DNA of 64,000 bases from Candidatus Sulfomarinibacteraceae bacterium (lineage in GTDB: Bacteria > Acidobacteriota > Thermoanaerobaculia > Thermoanaerobaculales > Sulfomarinibacteraceae). The notes below the pieces were generated by a model. That model saw only the letters and a program-made list of their open reading frames with translations. It searched no databases and had not been told where the DNA came from. A program made the position numbers and the translations under genes. The stretch is taken from contig CAVTEP010000003.1 of assembly GCA_963733915.1 (NCBI GenBank), forward strand, positions 3,757 to 67,756, read 5' to 3'. This document shows, in pieces, positions 26,674-36,653 of this stretch (position 1 is its first letter; each line of letters begins with the position of its first letter).

Positions 26674-27903
26674 TCATCCCGCGAGCGCTTCGACCGGCGT
26701 CAAGCGGGCGGCGCGGAGCGACGGGTAGAGGCCCGCGACCAGTCCGACGCTGACGGCGAAGACAATCGCGAGAATGACGGCGAAACCGGAGATCGGGAGA
26801 CCGGCCTCGAAGAACTGGCCGGCAAACGCGCACAGCACCACCGCAACCCCAAAGCCGATAACCGCGCCGATGATCGACAGAAACACCGCCTCGATCAGGA
26901 ACTGCACCAGGATGTCGCGATCTTCGGCACCGATGGCCTTGCGGAGCCCGATCTCGTAGAGGCGCTCGGCGAGCGAGATCTGCAATACCGAGAAGATGCC
27001 GACACCGCCGACCACGAGCGAGATCGCGGAAATCGCAAACAGGACGATAGTCCAGCCGCGGAGCTGCTCGTCGATCTGCTGCTCCGCTTCGACGATCTCC
27101 TGGGCGACGTTTTCGATCTCGAAATCCTCGACCCGGTTGTGCTGTCGCCAAAGCCGGTTTTTGAGGTGGGCGAACAACTGCGAGAGGTTGTCGGTGTTGG
27201 TGGCCTTGACCATCAACAACGGAACCCGCTCACCGCCACCGAAAAGACCCTGCATGGTGGTCAGGGGAATGGTGGCGCCCTCCATCTCGCGTTCGCTCCA
27301 CCCGTCGTTGATCATGTCGTTGCCGACCCGCTCGCCGATTCCGATGACCTCGAAGCGGTGGTCGCCGATGCGCACCCACTGCCCGACGGCGTCGTTGCCA
27401 CCGAAAAGGTCCTCGGCGAGGAAGTGGCCGATGACGACAACCCGGTTTCTCCGTGCAACGTCGAGATCGGAGATTTCGCGGCCTTTGGCAACTCGACGAT
27501 CGAAGACGGCTGCGTACTGAGTGGTGGTGCCGGTGATCCGCACCGACTGGCTGGAGTCGCCCCACGCCAGGACCTGTTGCGAGTACGAAACCGGAGCCGC
27601 GGATGAAATCTGTTCGCTCGACGCGACCAGCCCGGCCGCATCTTCGCGACGCAGTCCTTCCGACAAATGGGCTCGCTTGACGTCGAGGTTCGAGGTGGGT
27701 CTCTCGGTGCTCACGAAAAGCACGCCGCGCAGACCGAGCGAATCGATGCCGTTCCAGATCTCCACCTTGACCGCCTCGATGAGGCTGACCATGGTCACCA
27801 CCGCCATCGTCCCGAGGACAACGCCAAAGAGGGTCAACAACGAACGCATTTTGTGCGCCCAGATCTCGGTGACCGTCGTCCGCAGGGATTCGCCGATGAC
27901 CAT
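26674..27903 (-). CDS. ABC exporter permease (MacB-type periplasmic domain plus FtsX domain)
   Basis: ORF 26674..27903; N-terminal TM, large periplasmic domain, C-terminal FtsX TM bundle with LRKAIGA motif. Confidence 0.85.
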   Translation of the reverse strand: MVIGESLRTTVTEIWAHKMRSLLTLFGVVLGTMAVVTMVSLIEAVKVEIWNGIDSLGLRGVLFVSTERPTSNLDVKRAHLSEGLRREDAAGLVASSEQISSAAPVSYSQQVLAWGDSSQSVRITGTTTQYAAVFDRRVAKGREISDLDVARRNRVVVIGHFLAEDLFGGNDAVGQWVRIGDHRFEVIGIGERVGNDMINDGWSEREMEGATIPLTTMQGLFGGGERVPLLMVKATNTDNLSQLFAHLKNRLWRQHNRVEDFEIENVAQEIVEAEQQIDEQLRGWTIVLFAISAISLVVGGVGIFSVLQISLAERLYEIGLRKAIGAEDRDILVQFLIEAVFLSIIGAVIGFGVAVVLCAFAGQFFEAGLPISGFAVILAIVFAVSVGLVAGLYPSLRAARLTPVEALAG

Positions 27904-27909
27904 GAAACC

Positions 27910-29142
27910 TCACTCGTAGCGCAGCGCGACCACCGGGTCCAGGCGCGAGGCCCGGACCGCCGGATACATCCCGAAGAAGAAACCGACCACTGTGGCTGAC
28001 GCCACCGAGACGACGATCATCGAAGCCGTGATCGTCATCGGCATCTGCATGACGGTCATGATGCCGAAGGTGAAAACGATGCCGACCGCCAGCCCCGCGG
28101 CCCCGCCGAAGACGGTGACCACGATGGCCTCGATCAGGAACTGGACGAAGACCTGCCACCCGGTCGCACCGAGCGCCTTGCGGACACCGACCTCGCGCAT
28201 CCGCTCGGTAAACGAGGCAAGCATGATGTTGGTGATGACGATCCCGCCCACCAGCAGCGAGATCACGCCGCAGGCGAGAAAGGTGATGTTGTAGATCATG
28301 CCTTCACGATTCCCCTGCTCGATGCGTTCCTGGCGATCCCAGACCCCGAAATCCTCGATGCCGTGCCGCGACCGCAATAGCTGTTCGAGGGCATCTCGCG
28401 ATTCCTTGTGGACGTCGGGCGATCGGAGCCTGAGATTGAGCTCGTCGATTCGCTTCGCGCCCGGTTCCTGGTGTCGCTTCATGTAGGAGGTGATGGGCAC
28501 CACGATCAGCCGGTTGAGCCACTCGTGGGCGTTGTAGGTGTCCGACTCCTGCCAGTAGAACACCTTTTCCGCGGTCACGCCGACCACCGTGTAGGCCTTG
28601 CCGTCGATGTTCACCGCCTTGCCCACCGGATCGGCGGTGCCAAAGAGCTCGCGCGCGCGGGTCGAACCGAGCACCGCAACCGCCGCTGCGGTCTCCATGT
28701 CGTGGTCGGTGAGGTAGCGGCCCGAGCCCATCTCGAGCTCCCGCATCTCGAGGAACTCGGGCTCGATTGCGGTGACCTGGAATCGTTCCTCGGTAGCGCC
28801 GGCACGAACGGGGAGGGTGCCGGAGATCTCGGCCACCACGAGGTCGAAGCCGTCGATCGTGTCGCGGATTGCTTCCGCGTCGGCAAGCTTGAGACCGGTC
28901 CGCGCGCGCTGCCGGGCCGACATCTCGAGCTGGGCGGGCGGCTGGTTGTAGACCCCCATCAACCGGGTGCCGCCCGATTCGCGGAAGTACTGGTCCCGGC
29001 GTGCGTCCATGCTCGCGGTCATGCCGAGGGTGGCCACCACCGAGGCGACGCCCAGGATGACGCCGAGCGTCTGCAGCAGCGTGCGGCCGAGATGCTCGCG
29101 GATCTCGACGAAGCCCTCGCGGACGAACTGGATCGGATTCAT
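27910..29142 (-). CDS. ABC exporter permease (MacB/FtsX type), second copy
   Basis: ORF 27910..29142; same architecture, VRKALGA motif. Confidence 0.85.
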   Translation of the reverse strand: MNPIQFVREGFVEIREHLGRTLLQTLGVILGVASVVATLGMTASMDARRDQYFRESGGTRLMGVYNQPPAQLEMSARQRARTGLKLADAEAIRDTIDGFDLVVAEISGTLPVRAGATEERFQVTAIEPEFLEMRELEMGSGRYLTDHDMETAAAVAVLGSTRARELFGTADPVGKAVNIDGKAYTVVGVTAEKVFYWQESDTYNAHEWLNRLIVVPITSYMKRHQEPGAKRIDELNLRLRSPDVHKESRDALEQLLRSRHGIEDFGVWDRQERIEQGNREGMIYNITFLACGVISLLVGGIVITNIMLASFTERMREVGVRKALGATGWQVFVQFLIEAIVVTVFGGAAGLAVGIVFTFGIMTVMQMPMTITASMIVVSVASATVVGFFFGMYPAVRASRLDPVVALRYE

Positions 29143-29832
29143 GCCGCGGCCTGTTGTCCGTTCGGCAATATCAGGCCGTCGACGATCCGGATGGTCTCTC
29201 TGGCACGCGCCGCGATCGAGGGATCGTGGGTGACCATGATCAAGGTCTGGCCGCCGGCCCGCAGCTCGTCAAAGAGCTCGAGGATCTCGCCCCCGGTCTG
29301 CTGGTCGAGGTTGCCGGTCGGCTCGTCGGCCATGATCACCGAGGGGCGGCCGACGATGGCCCGGGCGATGGCGCCGCGCTGCCGCTGTCCGCCGGAGAGC
29401 TCGTTGGGACGGTGGCGGGCGCGGTCGGCAAGACCGACCTTGCCGAGCGCTTCGAGTGCCAGCTGGCGGCGCTCCACCCGGCCGACTCCGGCGTAGAGCA
29501 GCGGCAGCTCCACGTTGCGGAGCAGGCTGGCCCTGGGCAAGAGGTTGAAGTTCTGAAAGATGAACCCGATCTTCTGGTTGCGAAGACGGGCGAGCTTGCG
29601 CCGTGAGAAACCCGCCACCTCCTCGCCGTCGAGCAGGTACGAGCCCGAGGTCGGGGTGTCGAGCAAGCCCGAGGATGTGCATCAAGGTGGACTTGCCGGA
29701 CCCGGACGGGCCCATCACCGCCAGGTAGTCGCCGACGCCGACCTCGAGGTCGACGCCCCTGAGCGCCTCGACCGACAGATCGCCCTCACCGTAGACCTTT
29801 GTGATCCCCCGCAGGTGCATCAGTGTCTGCAT
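29139..29832 (-). pseudogene. MacB/LolD-type ABC ATPase with +1 frameshift right after Walker A (or assembly error)
   Basis: N-terminal part MQTLMHLRGITKVYG...GPSGSGKSTLMHILGL in frame of ORF 29269..29970, remainder LDTPTSGSYLLDG...LSGGQRQR...IMADEPTGNLD in ORF 29139..29666; one extra G in coding-strand run (plus strand ccc 29668-29670). Confidence 0.8.
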
Positions 29833-31067
29833 CAGGACCTCTCGTCCTGCGGTCGCGAAGGATCGGCGAGCGCCACCTTTTCGCCCTCTTCGATGCCTTC
29901 TACGATTTCGACCTCGGTCGTCGATGCGATGCCGGTCGCGACCCTGCGTTCCTCGAACCACCGCCGCCACTCCTGGCGTGGGTCATCGCGCCATTTCTCG
30001 GCCGAATCGGCCACGCCCTCGCCCTCCGCGCCCTCTCCTTCCTTTTCTGCGGACTTCTTGGGCAACGGGGTGTCACGGAGCACGTACACCATCTCTTCCT
30101 CACCGCGGATGAAAACCGACTCCACCGGGACCGAAAGAACCTGGGCGCGGATTTCACCCCGGATTTCGATGTTGGCGGTCATGCCGGTGCGCAGCTCGTG
30201 GCCGAGCTCGTCGAGGTCGATCTCGACGTCAAAGACCTTGACCTGGTCGTCGAGCCTGGCGGCCGGTGCGATACGACCGATGGTGCCGGCAAAGAGCACT
30301 CGTGGAAAGGCGTCGAGCGTGACGCGCGTCGCCTGGCCGAGGTGGATCTTGCCGATGTCGACCTCGTTGATGCCGGCCTTGACCAGCATGGTGCCGAGGT
30401 CGGCAACCGTTGCGATCACGGTTCCGGCGTTGAACGAGCCCGAACCGGTGACGGTCTCACCGAGCTCGACCGGCCGCTCGATGATCACCCCGCCCATCGG
30501 CGAGACGATGTTGACCACCTGGCGCGGGTTGTCGCCGACCGGGATCCCGGACGCCTCGACGAGACCGATATTGCCCCGTGCCTCGTCGAGCGCCTGCTGC
30601 GCCTGCCGATAGCGGGTCTCCGCCTCGCGATTGACTTCGACCGAGATCAGACCGCTCTCGAAGAGCTTGCGCTTGGCCTCGTAGTCCTGCCTGGCGTCCT
30701 CGAGATCGATCGCCGCCGACTGGCCCTGGTTGCGCACAGCGAGCAGGTCCTGAGCCTGGTTGACGTCCGGTTCGATGCGGGCGATGAGCTGGCCCTTCGT
30801 GACCACATCGCCGGCGCGAACCGGTAGGTCGACCACCCGTCCCGAGAGGTTGGACTTGATCTCCACCTTGACCTCGGGCTCGACCGTACCCACCTCGCGC
30901 ACGACCACCTGGACATCGTCGATGCTCGCCGCCAGGGTCGGGATCTCGGGGCCCTTCTCATCCTCGCCGTTGCCGTTGCCCCTGGTTTTTGCCGCAAAGG
31001 CCACGGCGGCGGCTGCAATCACAACCACCGCGACGATCACAAACCATTTTTTCCTGCTCCGGGCCAT
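29832..31067 (-). CDS. HlyD/MacA-type periplasmic adaptor (membrane fusion protein)
   Basis: ORF 29832..31067; N-terminal TM, coiled-coil hairpin, beta-barrel; TGATG overlap with the ATPase gene. Confidence 0.85.
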   Translation of the reverse strand: MARSRKKWFVIVAVVVIAAAAVAFAAKTRGNGNGEDEKGPEIPTLAASIDDVQVVVREVGTVEPEVKVEIKSNLSGRVVDLPVRAGDVVTKGQLIARIEPDVNQAQDLLAVRNQGQSAAIDLEDARQDYEAKRKLFESGLISVEVNREAETRYRQAQQALDEARGNIGLVEASGIPVGDNPRQVVNIVSPMGGVIIERPVELGETVTGSGSFNAGTVIATVADLGTMLVKAGINEVDIGKIHLGQATRVTLDAFPRVLFAGTIGRIAPAARLDDQVKVFDVEIDLDELGHELRTGMTANIEIRGEIRAQVLSVPVESVFIRGEEEMVYVLRDTPLPKKSAEKEGEGAEGEGVADSAEKWRDDPRQEWRRWFEERRVATGIASTTEVEIVEGIEEGEKVALADPSRPQDERS

Positions 31068-31143
31068 GGACCCTCCCCTCGAAACTTCAACGACTCGTCT
31101 CGCTCTGGATTACGCATTTGCGGCGAAAAATGTTCGCTCTGGT

Positions 31144-31189
31144 CAAATTTCGGCCGGGCTGAGGCGGCCGACAGCCCGGCCGAAATTTG
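31144..31189. repeat. perfect 18-nt inverted repeat with 10-nt spacer in divergent promoter region
   Basis: caaatttcggccgggctg aggcggccga cagcccggccgaaatttg between the exporter operon and the acyl-CoA dehydrogenase gene. Confidence 0.7.
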
Positions 31190-31236
31190 AAGCGGGGGGA
31201 ATGTAGAATACGGTCCGGAGAAACCGAGGAGGTGTC

Positions 31237-32463
31237 ATGCACGAGTTGCTGAACAAGGAGAACATCGATTATTTGGAGCGGGCGCGCGAGGTGGCCGAGA
31301 AATACGTGCGGCCCCGCGCGGCCGAGCTTGACCGTACCGGCGAGTACGGCTGGGACATCCTCGAAGCCCTCAAGTCCTACGGCCTCACCGGCGTCTGGAT
31401 TCCGAAGGAGTACGGCGGCCAGGATGCCGGCGTGCTCAATCTGTGTCTGATCGTCGAACAACTGTCGCGCGCCTGTGGTGGGGTCGGCGTCGCCTTCGCC
31501 GTCAACGCCCTCGGCTCCTTTCCCATCATTCTCGGCGGGACCGAGGAGCAGAAGCGAAAGTACCTGCCGGGAATCGCCTCCGGCGACAGCCTGATCGCCT
31601 TCGGTTTGTCGGAAAAGGCATCCGGCTCGGACGCGGGCAGCCTCCGCACCACCGCAATCCGCGACGGTGACGAGTTCGTGCTCAACGGTCACAAGAAGTG
31701 GAACACCAACGGCGGCGTAGCCTCGGTATTTACCGTTTACGCCCTCACCGAGCCCGACAAAGGGATGCGCGGGATCTCCCCCTTCATCCTCGAGCGCGAC
31801 ACCCCCGGGTTCACCATCGGCAAGCGCGAGGACACCATGGGCATCCGCACGGTGCCGGTGGTCGAGCTCGATTTCGAAAACTGCAGGGTGCCGGCCTCAC
31901 AGCTGCTCGGCGACCGCGAGGGCTCCGGCTTCAAAAACGCCATGATGACCCTCGACCGAGCCCGGCCCGGGGTCGCAGCGCAGGCGCTCGGCCTCGCCCA
32001 GGGCGCATTCGAGTGGGCGTTGCGCTATACCTCCGAGCGGCGCCAGTTCGGCCAGACGGTGATGTCACACCAGGCGGTGCAGTTCATGCTCGCCGACATG
32101 GCGACCCAGATCGAAGCCGCCCGCCAGCTCGTCTACGCCGGGGCCAGGATCATCGACTCCGGTGCCAAGAACGTCAACAAGATCGCCGCCATGGGCAAGG
32201 TCTTCGCCACCGACACCGCGATGAAGGTCACGACCGACGCGGTCCAGCTCTTCGGCGGCTACGGCTACTGCAGCGACTACCCGATCGAGAAGTACATGCG
32301 GGACGCCAAGATTACCCAGATCTACGAGGGCACGAACCAGGTTCAGCGGCTGGTCATCGGCCGCGCGCTGACCCGTGAGCTCAAGGAGCTGACCGGCCAC
32401 CTCGACGTCACCGTCGAGCACTTCCCGGATTACGATCCGAACGACGTGAGAAGTTCGGATTAG
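31237..32463 (+). CDS. acyl-CoA dehydrogenase
   Basis: ORF 31237..32463; FGLSEKASGSDA, IYEGTNQVQRLVIGRAL. Confidence 0.9.
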   Translation: MHELLNKENIDYLERAREVAEKYVRPRAAELDRTGEYGWDILEALKSYGLTGVWIPKEYGGQDAGVLNLCLIVEQLSRACGGVGVAFAVNALGSFPIILGGTEEQKRKYLPGIASGDSLIAFGLSEKASGSDAGSLRTTAIRDGDEFVLNGHKKWNTNGGVASVFTVYALTEPDKGMRGISPFILERDTPGFTIGKREDTMGIRTVPVVELDFENCRVPASQLLGDREGSGFKNAMMTLDRARPGVAAQALGLAQGAFEWALRYTSERRQFGQTVMSHQAVQFMLADMATQIEAARQLVYAGARIIDSGAKNVNKIAAMGKVFATDTAMKVTTDAVQLFGGYGYCSDYPIEKYMRDAKITQIYEGTNQVQRLVIGRALTRELKELTGHLDVTVEHFPDYDPNDVRSSD

Positions 32464-32646
32464 AATAGGAATTAGGAATGCCCCACCCGTTAGAAGGCGT
32501 GAGGGGAGCGTAATTCTCAATCCCGATTCACCGCCCTTCCTCCGTTGGGAGGGCGGGTGGAAAAATCCAAAATTGAAATTGAGAACTGAGAATTCGATGC
32601 AATGGGTGGGCGGGATTCCTAATTCCTAATTCCTAATGCGAATTCG
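32463..32646. repeat. nested tandem-unit element E9 (outer GGAATTAGG/CCTAATTCC arms, inner AATTCTCA-type arms, two C-box/G-box pairs)
   Basis: outer arm 32463-32480, C-box ccccaccc 32481-32488, inner C-box 32530-32543, loop gtt, inner G-box gggagggcgggtgg 32547-32560, outer G-box gggtgggcggg 32604-32614, outer arm attcctaattcctaattcctaatgc 32615-32639; starts in the TAG stop 32461-32463. Confidence 0.85.
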
Positions 32647-32649
32647 ATG

Positions 32650-33291
32650 TCAGCCTTCGTCGAGCGACCGGTGGTACTCCCGTTCCCAGGTGTTCCACCA
32701 CTCCTTTTCGATGCCGCCGCAGGTTTCGGCAAAGGCCGAACAGGCGATGCAACCGTCGCCGCGCACCATGTCGGGATCATCTCTGGGGGGAAACCTCTGC
32801 GTGAGCCGCTCACCGAGGTCGCGGGCCGCCTCCTCGTCGGCGGTCGGCGGCCGGCTCTCGAGCTGCGAGATGCCGCCCCGGACCAGACGCTGCTCCGCCT
32901 CGGGCAGGAGCACGCTGTCCTCCTTGTCGACGTGCTCCCAGAGATGGCGGGCCAGACGCCGCGCCGTCGCAGCGGAGTCCTCCGGCGACCCGGCGGCCAG
33001 CTCGAGCTCGCCGACCATGGCCGCAGCCTCGACGTGTTCCGCCGCAATCACTATCAGCGGACCGCGATCCGCGGGCACCTCGGCGTGCTCGACGAGGGCC
33101 GGGAAGAGAACCTGCTCCTCTCGCTCGTGGTGAAAGCCGCCGACATATACCCGCAGAAAACGAACAAAATCTGCGGCGTCGGCTTCCGTGGTTCCACCAC
33201 CCAGCGCCACTTCGGCAAAGCGGATCAACGATCCGGCCACCCGGTCGACGAGTCGGTGTTCTCGACCAAGATCATCGATGAGCCGCATCAA
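32650..33291 (-). CDS. hemerythrin (HHE cation-binding) domain protein with Cys-rich C-terminus
   Basis: ORF 32650..33291; GGFHHEREEQVLFPAL, WEHVDKEDSVLLP, C-terminal GDGCIACSAFAETCGG. Confidence 0.7.
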   Translation of the reverse strand: MMRLIDDLGREHRLVDRVAGSLIRFAEVALGGGTTEADAADFVRFLRVYVGGFHHEREEQVLFPALVEHAEVPADRGPLIVIAAEHVEAAAMVGELELAAGSPEDSAATARRLARHLWEHVDKEDSVLLPEAEQRLVRGGISQLESRPPTADEEAARDLGERLTQRFPPRDDPDMVRGDGCIACSAFAETCGGIEKEWWNTWEREYHRSLDEG

Positions 33292-35004
33292 TCGACAGCC
33301 GGCCGCACGACCCCGGCAGCGCCCGGACCGCGCGGGTCCTGCGCCGCCTGCACCTCACCACCGACCTGACCCCTCACCGAGTCGACCTCGCCAAGCTGAC
33401 GCACGACCTCGAGCTCGTGGCCGCGCCGCTCGAGCGCCATGGCGGTTTCGGGCGAAAGCGCGTACGGCTCGGCGTACAGCCGGTCGGGCATCCACTGGTG
33501 ATGAATCCTGGCGCGATCGACCGCCGCCTGCAGCTCGTCACCATCGACGATGAGATTCAACAGCACCTGCGCGGTGGAGGTCGGGATGCGCGATCCACCG
33601 GGCGATCCGACCACGATCACCTGGGTGCCGCGCCAGGCCACGGTCGGCGTCATCGAGGACAGCATGCGCTTGCCCGGACCGACCTCGTTGGCCTCGCCCT
33701 GGATCAGGCCGTAGTAGTTGGGTAGCCCGGGTGCGACCGCGAAGTCGTCCATCTCGTTGTTGAGGAGGAACCCGGCGCCGGGGACCAACAACCCGCAGCC
33801 AAAGCTGCCGTTGAGGGTGGTCGTGAGCGCGACCGCGTTGCCCTGGCCGTCGATGACCGACAGGTGGGTCGTGTCGTGCGGTTCCTTGAGTTGATCTCGC
33901 GACCACGGCCGCACCTGCTCCGAGTCGGCTGCCTTGCCAAGGCGGATCTCGGCCGCGCGAAGGTCGAGCCAGCTTCCGTCAAGCAGCTGGAGCGCGCTCG
34001 CCTCGCTGGAGCGCGGATCGCCGAGCAGCACCCGATCGGCGTACGCGCGGCGCCACACCTCCGCCAGCAGATGGTATCGGTCAGCGCCGAAACGGGGGTA
34101 TCCGGGCCAGTCGAGGCGCTCGAGCAGGCCGCAGGTCTCGCCGAGGATGATCCCTCCCGACAGACGGCAGCGGCATCGACGCCACCTGCCAGCCAAAGGC
34201 CTCGAACCGCACCGGTTGCCGCCACACCACGCGATAGGCGGAAAGGTCGGCGGCCCGAAGCACACCACCATTGAGCCGGGCGGCCATCTCGACGGCCGCG
34301 GCTACCGGCCCTTCGGATATCGCCGCCACACCTCTCGCGGCATAGGCTTCGAGGGTCGCCGCCAGCACGGGCAATTTCAACACAGTGCCCGCCGCGGGCG
34401 GACGGCCGCCGGGCAGCCATACGGCTGCGGTCTCCGGAAACCGGTCGAGCAGACCCGCGTTTTCGGCCAGGCTCGACTCCAGCCGTCGGGTGACCACGAA
34501 TCCGTCACGCGCGAGGCGGATGGCAGGGGCCACCACCTCGGGCCAGGGCAGGCGCCCGTGGGCGCGGTGGAGCTCGAACAGGCCGGCGGGCGAACCCGGA
34601 ACGCCGGCTGCCAGCGGACCGACAAGCGACGCCAGCGGTCGGATTTCGCCGCGCTCGTCGAGAAACATGTCGCGGGTCGCCGCCGCGGGCGCCGTCTCGC
34701 GGAAATCCAGGGCGAAGATCTCGTCGCCAAAGCGCCCGACCGCGAAGCCGCCGCCGCCCAGGTTCCCGGCCTGCGGGTGAACCACGGCGAGGGCGAGCGC
34801 GGTCGCCACCGCCGCATCGGCTGCGTTGCCGCCAGCGCGCAACACCTCGAGGCCGGCCTCGGTGGCAGCGGGGGCGGCGCTGGATACCGCTCCCCCCGTG
34901 CCCCGCACGGCGGCCGGATCGGCCGCACCGGCCGGCGCCTCTGGGAACAGGGTCGCCAGCGCGACCAACATGAGAAGCACGAGAGCCTTCCGAATAGCCA
35001 TCAT
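33288..35004 (-). pseudogene. ggt: gamma-glutamyltransferase with +1 frameshift at the PPSSGG-equivalent motif (or assembly error)
   Basis: N-terminal half in ORF 34081..35004 (signal peptide, AGNLGGGGF), C-terminal half in ORF 33288..34271 (SGGIILGETCGLLE, DTTHLSVIDGQGNAVALTTTLN, LLNNEMDDF); frames join if one G is removed around 34156-34161. Confidence 0.85.
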
Positions 35005-35077
35005 CGAAAGAGTCTACCCGAGATACCCGGGAACTCCTCAGCCGGATATGCGTACTGATCTGGCAGGAGGTACGACG

Positions 35078-35530
35078 ATGACCACCGCTTCACACCCGAC
35101 CACCACGTCTTCCGACGCGCTCGCAGGCGGAATTCGCAGCGCTCTCAGCCGCCTTGAGGCCCTCGACAACGAGACGGCAGGCTACCTCAAGACCCTTGCC
35201 TTCATCCTGAACCGCGTGGCCGGAGCCGACAGCCACACTTGCGCGGAGGAGGTCGAGAGAATGGAGCAAATCCTAGTCGACCACGCCTCCTTGTCGCTTC
35301 CCGAGGCGGTGCTGGCCGTCGAGATCGCCCGCCATTGCGGCCGCGTGGCCGACTGCGGATGCGCTTACGAGGCGAGCCGCAGCCTTCGCTCGCGTCTGAA
35401 TGACAACGAAAAGCACCGTGTCCGCAGTTTCCTCGAGTCCATCGCAGAGGCCGATGGCAGGGTGCGGCCGTCGGAGGTAGCTGAGATTCGGCAAATCGCG
35501 GCCGAGATCGGGTTTCCCTCTCATCGTTGA
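35078..35530 (+). CDS. TerB-like (tellurite-resistance TerB / DjlA-N type) domain protein
   Basis: frame of ORF 34826..35530, ATG 35078 behind AGGAGG; two helical halves ending in AEADGRVRPSEVAEIRQIAAEIG. Confidence 0.5.
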   Translation: MTTASHPTTTSSDALAGGIRSALSRLEALDNETAGYLKTLAFILNRVAGADSHTCAEEVERMEQILVDHASLSLPEAVLAVEIARHCGRVADCGCAYEASRSLRSRLNDNEKHRVRSFLESIAEADGRVRPSEVAEIRQIAAEIGFPSHR

Positions 35531-35617
35531 GATATGAGTTCTTGCCCCCCGCCCCGCAGGATTTCAGGTTCGTGCTCGGGTGGGCGGGGGAGGAACTCAA
35601 AACCAAGAACTCAAACC
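35529..35617. repeat. tandem-unit hairpin element E10 (GAGTTCTTG / CAAGAACTC arms, C-box, G-box)
   Basis: 35529-35544 gagatatgagttcttg (overlaps TGA 35528-35530); ccccccgccccg 35545-35556; gggtgggcggggg 35578-35590; aggaactcaaaaccaagaactcaaacc 35591-35617. Confidence 0.8.
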
Positions 35618-35687
35618 TACGCGATGCCAGTGACCAGGATCAGCTATCATTCTCCGTGCGCCGCGTCTCGTGGTGCGCGGAGGATCG

Positions 35688-36648
35688 ATGACCTGGAACT
35701 ACTCGAAAAAAACCACCGATCTCTTCATGGATGCGGTGCAGGGCAGGCCCGGCACCCACCTGGGAGAGATCGAGGACGCCGACGGATTCGGCGAGCACGG
35801 GTCGATCGCGTGCGGCGACGCCCTCCGTTTCACCTTCAAGGTCGAATCGCCACCCCACGGACCCGAAGCAGGACGCATCACCGAGGCCCGCTACCTCACC
35901 TTCGGCTGCACCTCGGCCATCGCCGCATCCGAGGCCCTGTGCGCGATCATCGAGGAGGGCGACTACACCCCGATCGAGGCCCTGAAGATCACCAACCAGG
36001 ACATCGTCAACTATCTCGAGGGACTGCCGCAGGCAGAAGATCCACTGCTCGGTGATGGGCGCCGAGGCGCTCGAGGCGGCGGTCTTCAACTGGGCCCAGA
36101 AGCGCGGCGTCGACCTCTCCGAGCTCGGCATCGACATCCGCCGCGACGAGCAGGAGGAGGGGCGGCTGGTCTGCACCTGCTTCGGTCTCACCGAGCCCTA
36201 CATCGAGCGCAAGATCAAGGAGCTCGAGCTGACATCGATCGCGGAGATCACCAACGCCATCAAGGCCGGCGGCGCCTGCATGTCCTGCCACCACACGCCC
36301 GGCGGCCTCCAGGACCTGCTCAACGAGGTCTGGGGCAAGCAGCCGACCGCGTTCAAGGAATTGCCGGTGCTGCCGTTGGCCCGCGAACACAAGGTGCAGC
36401 CGCCGCGGGAGATGTCGCCCTTCAAGTTCGCCAAGCAGGTGGAGCACGTCCTCGACGAGCACGCCCGGCCTCACCTCGCCCGCGACGGAGGGAATATCGA
36501 GATCGTCGACATCAAGGACCGTGTGGTCTACGTCCAACTCAAGGGCGCGTGTTCCGACTGCATGGGATCGACCAACACGGTCAAGATGCTGGTGGAGCAG
36601 GCGCTCAAGGACCACGTGGACGAACAGATCCGGGTCATCCAGGTCTAG
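35688..36648 (+). pseudogene. nifU: full-length NifU (IscU-like N domain, BFD-like 2Fe-2S domain, Nfu C domain) with +1 frameshift (or assembly error)
   Basis: N part in ORF 35670..36773 (GSIACGDALRF, FGCTSAIAASEAL, GLPQ), remainder in ORF 36052..36648; own reading of that frame gives QKIHCSVMGAEALEAAV; removing one G at 36032-36033 joins them; CTCFGLTE..GGACMSCH, GACSDCMGS. Confidence 0.85.
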
Positions 36649-36653
36649 TCCTT

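Noticed and set aside
26674-31067. The MacAB-like exporter cluster as a bacteriocin, lantibiotic or defence-associated system
   Set aside because: No precursor peptide, modification enzyme, immunity gene or nuclease is adjacent. The architecture is that of a generic adaptor - ATPase - two-permease efflux system.
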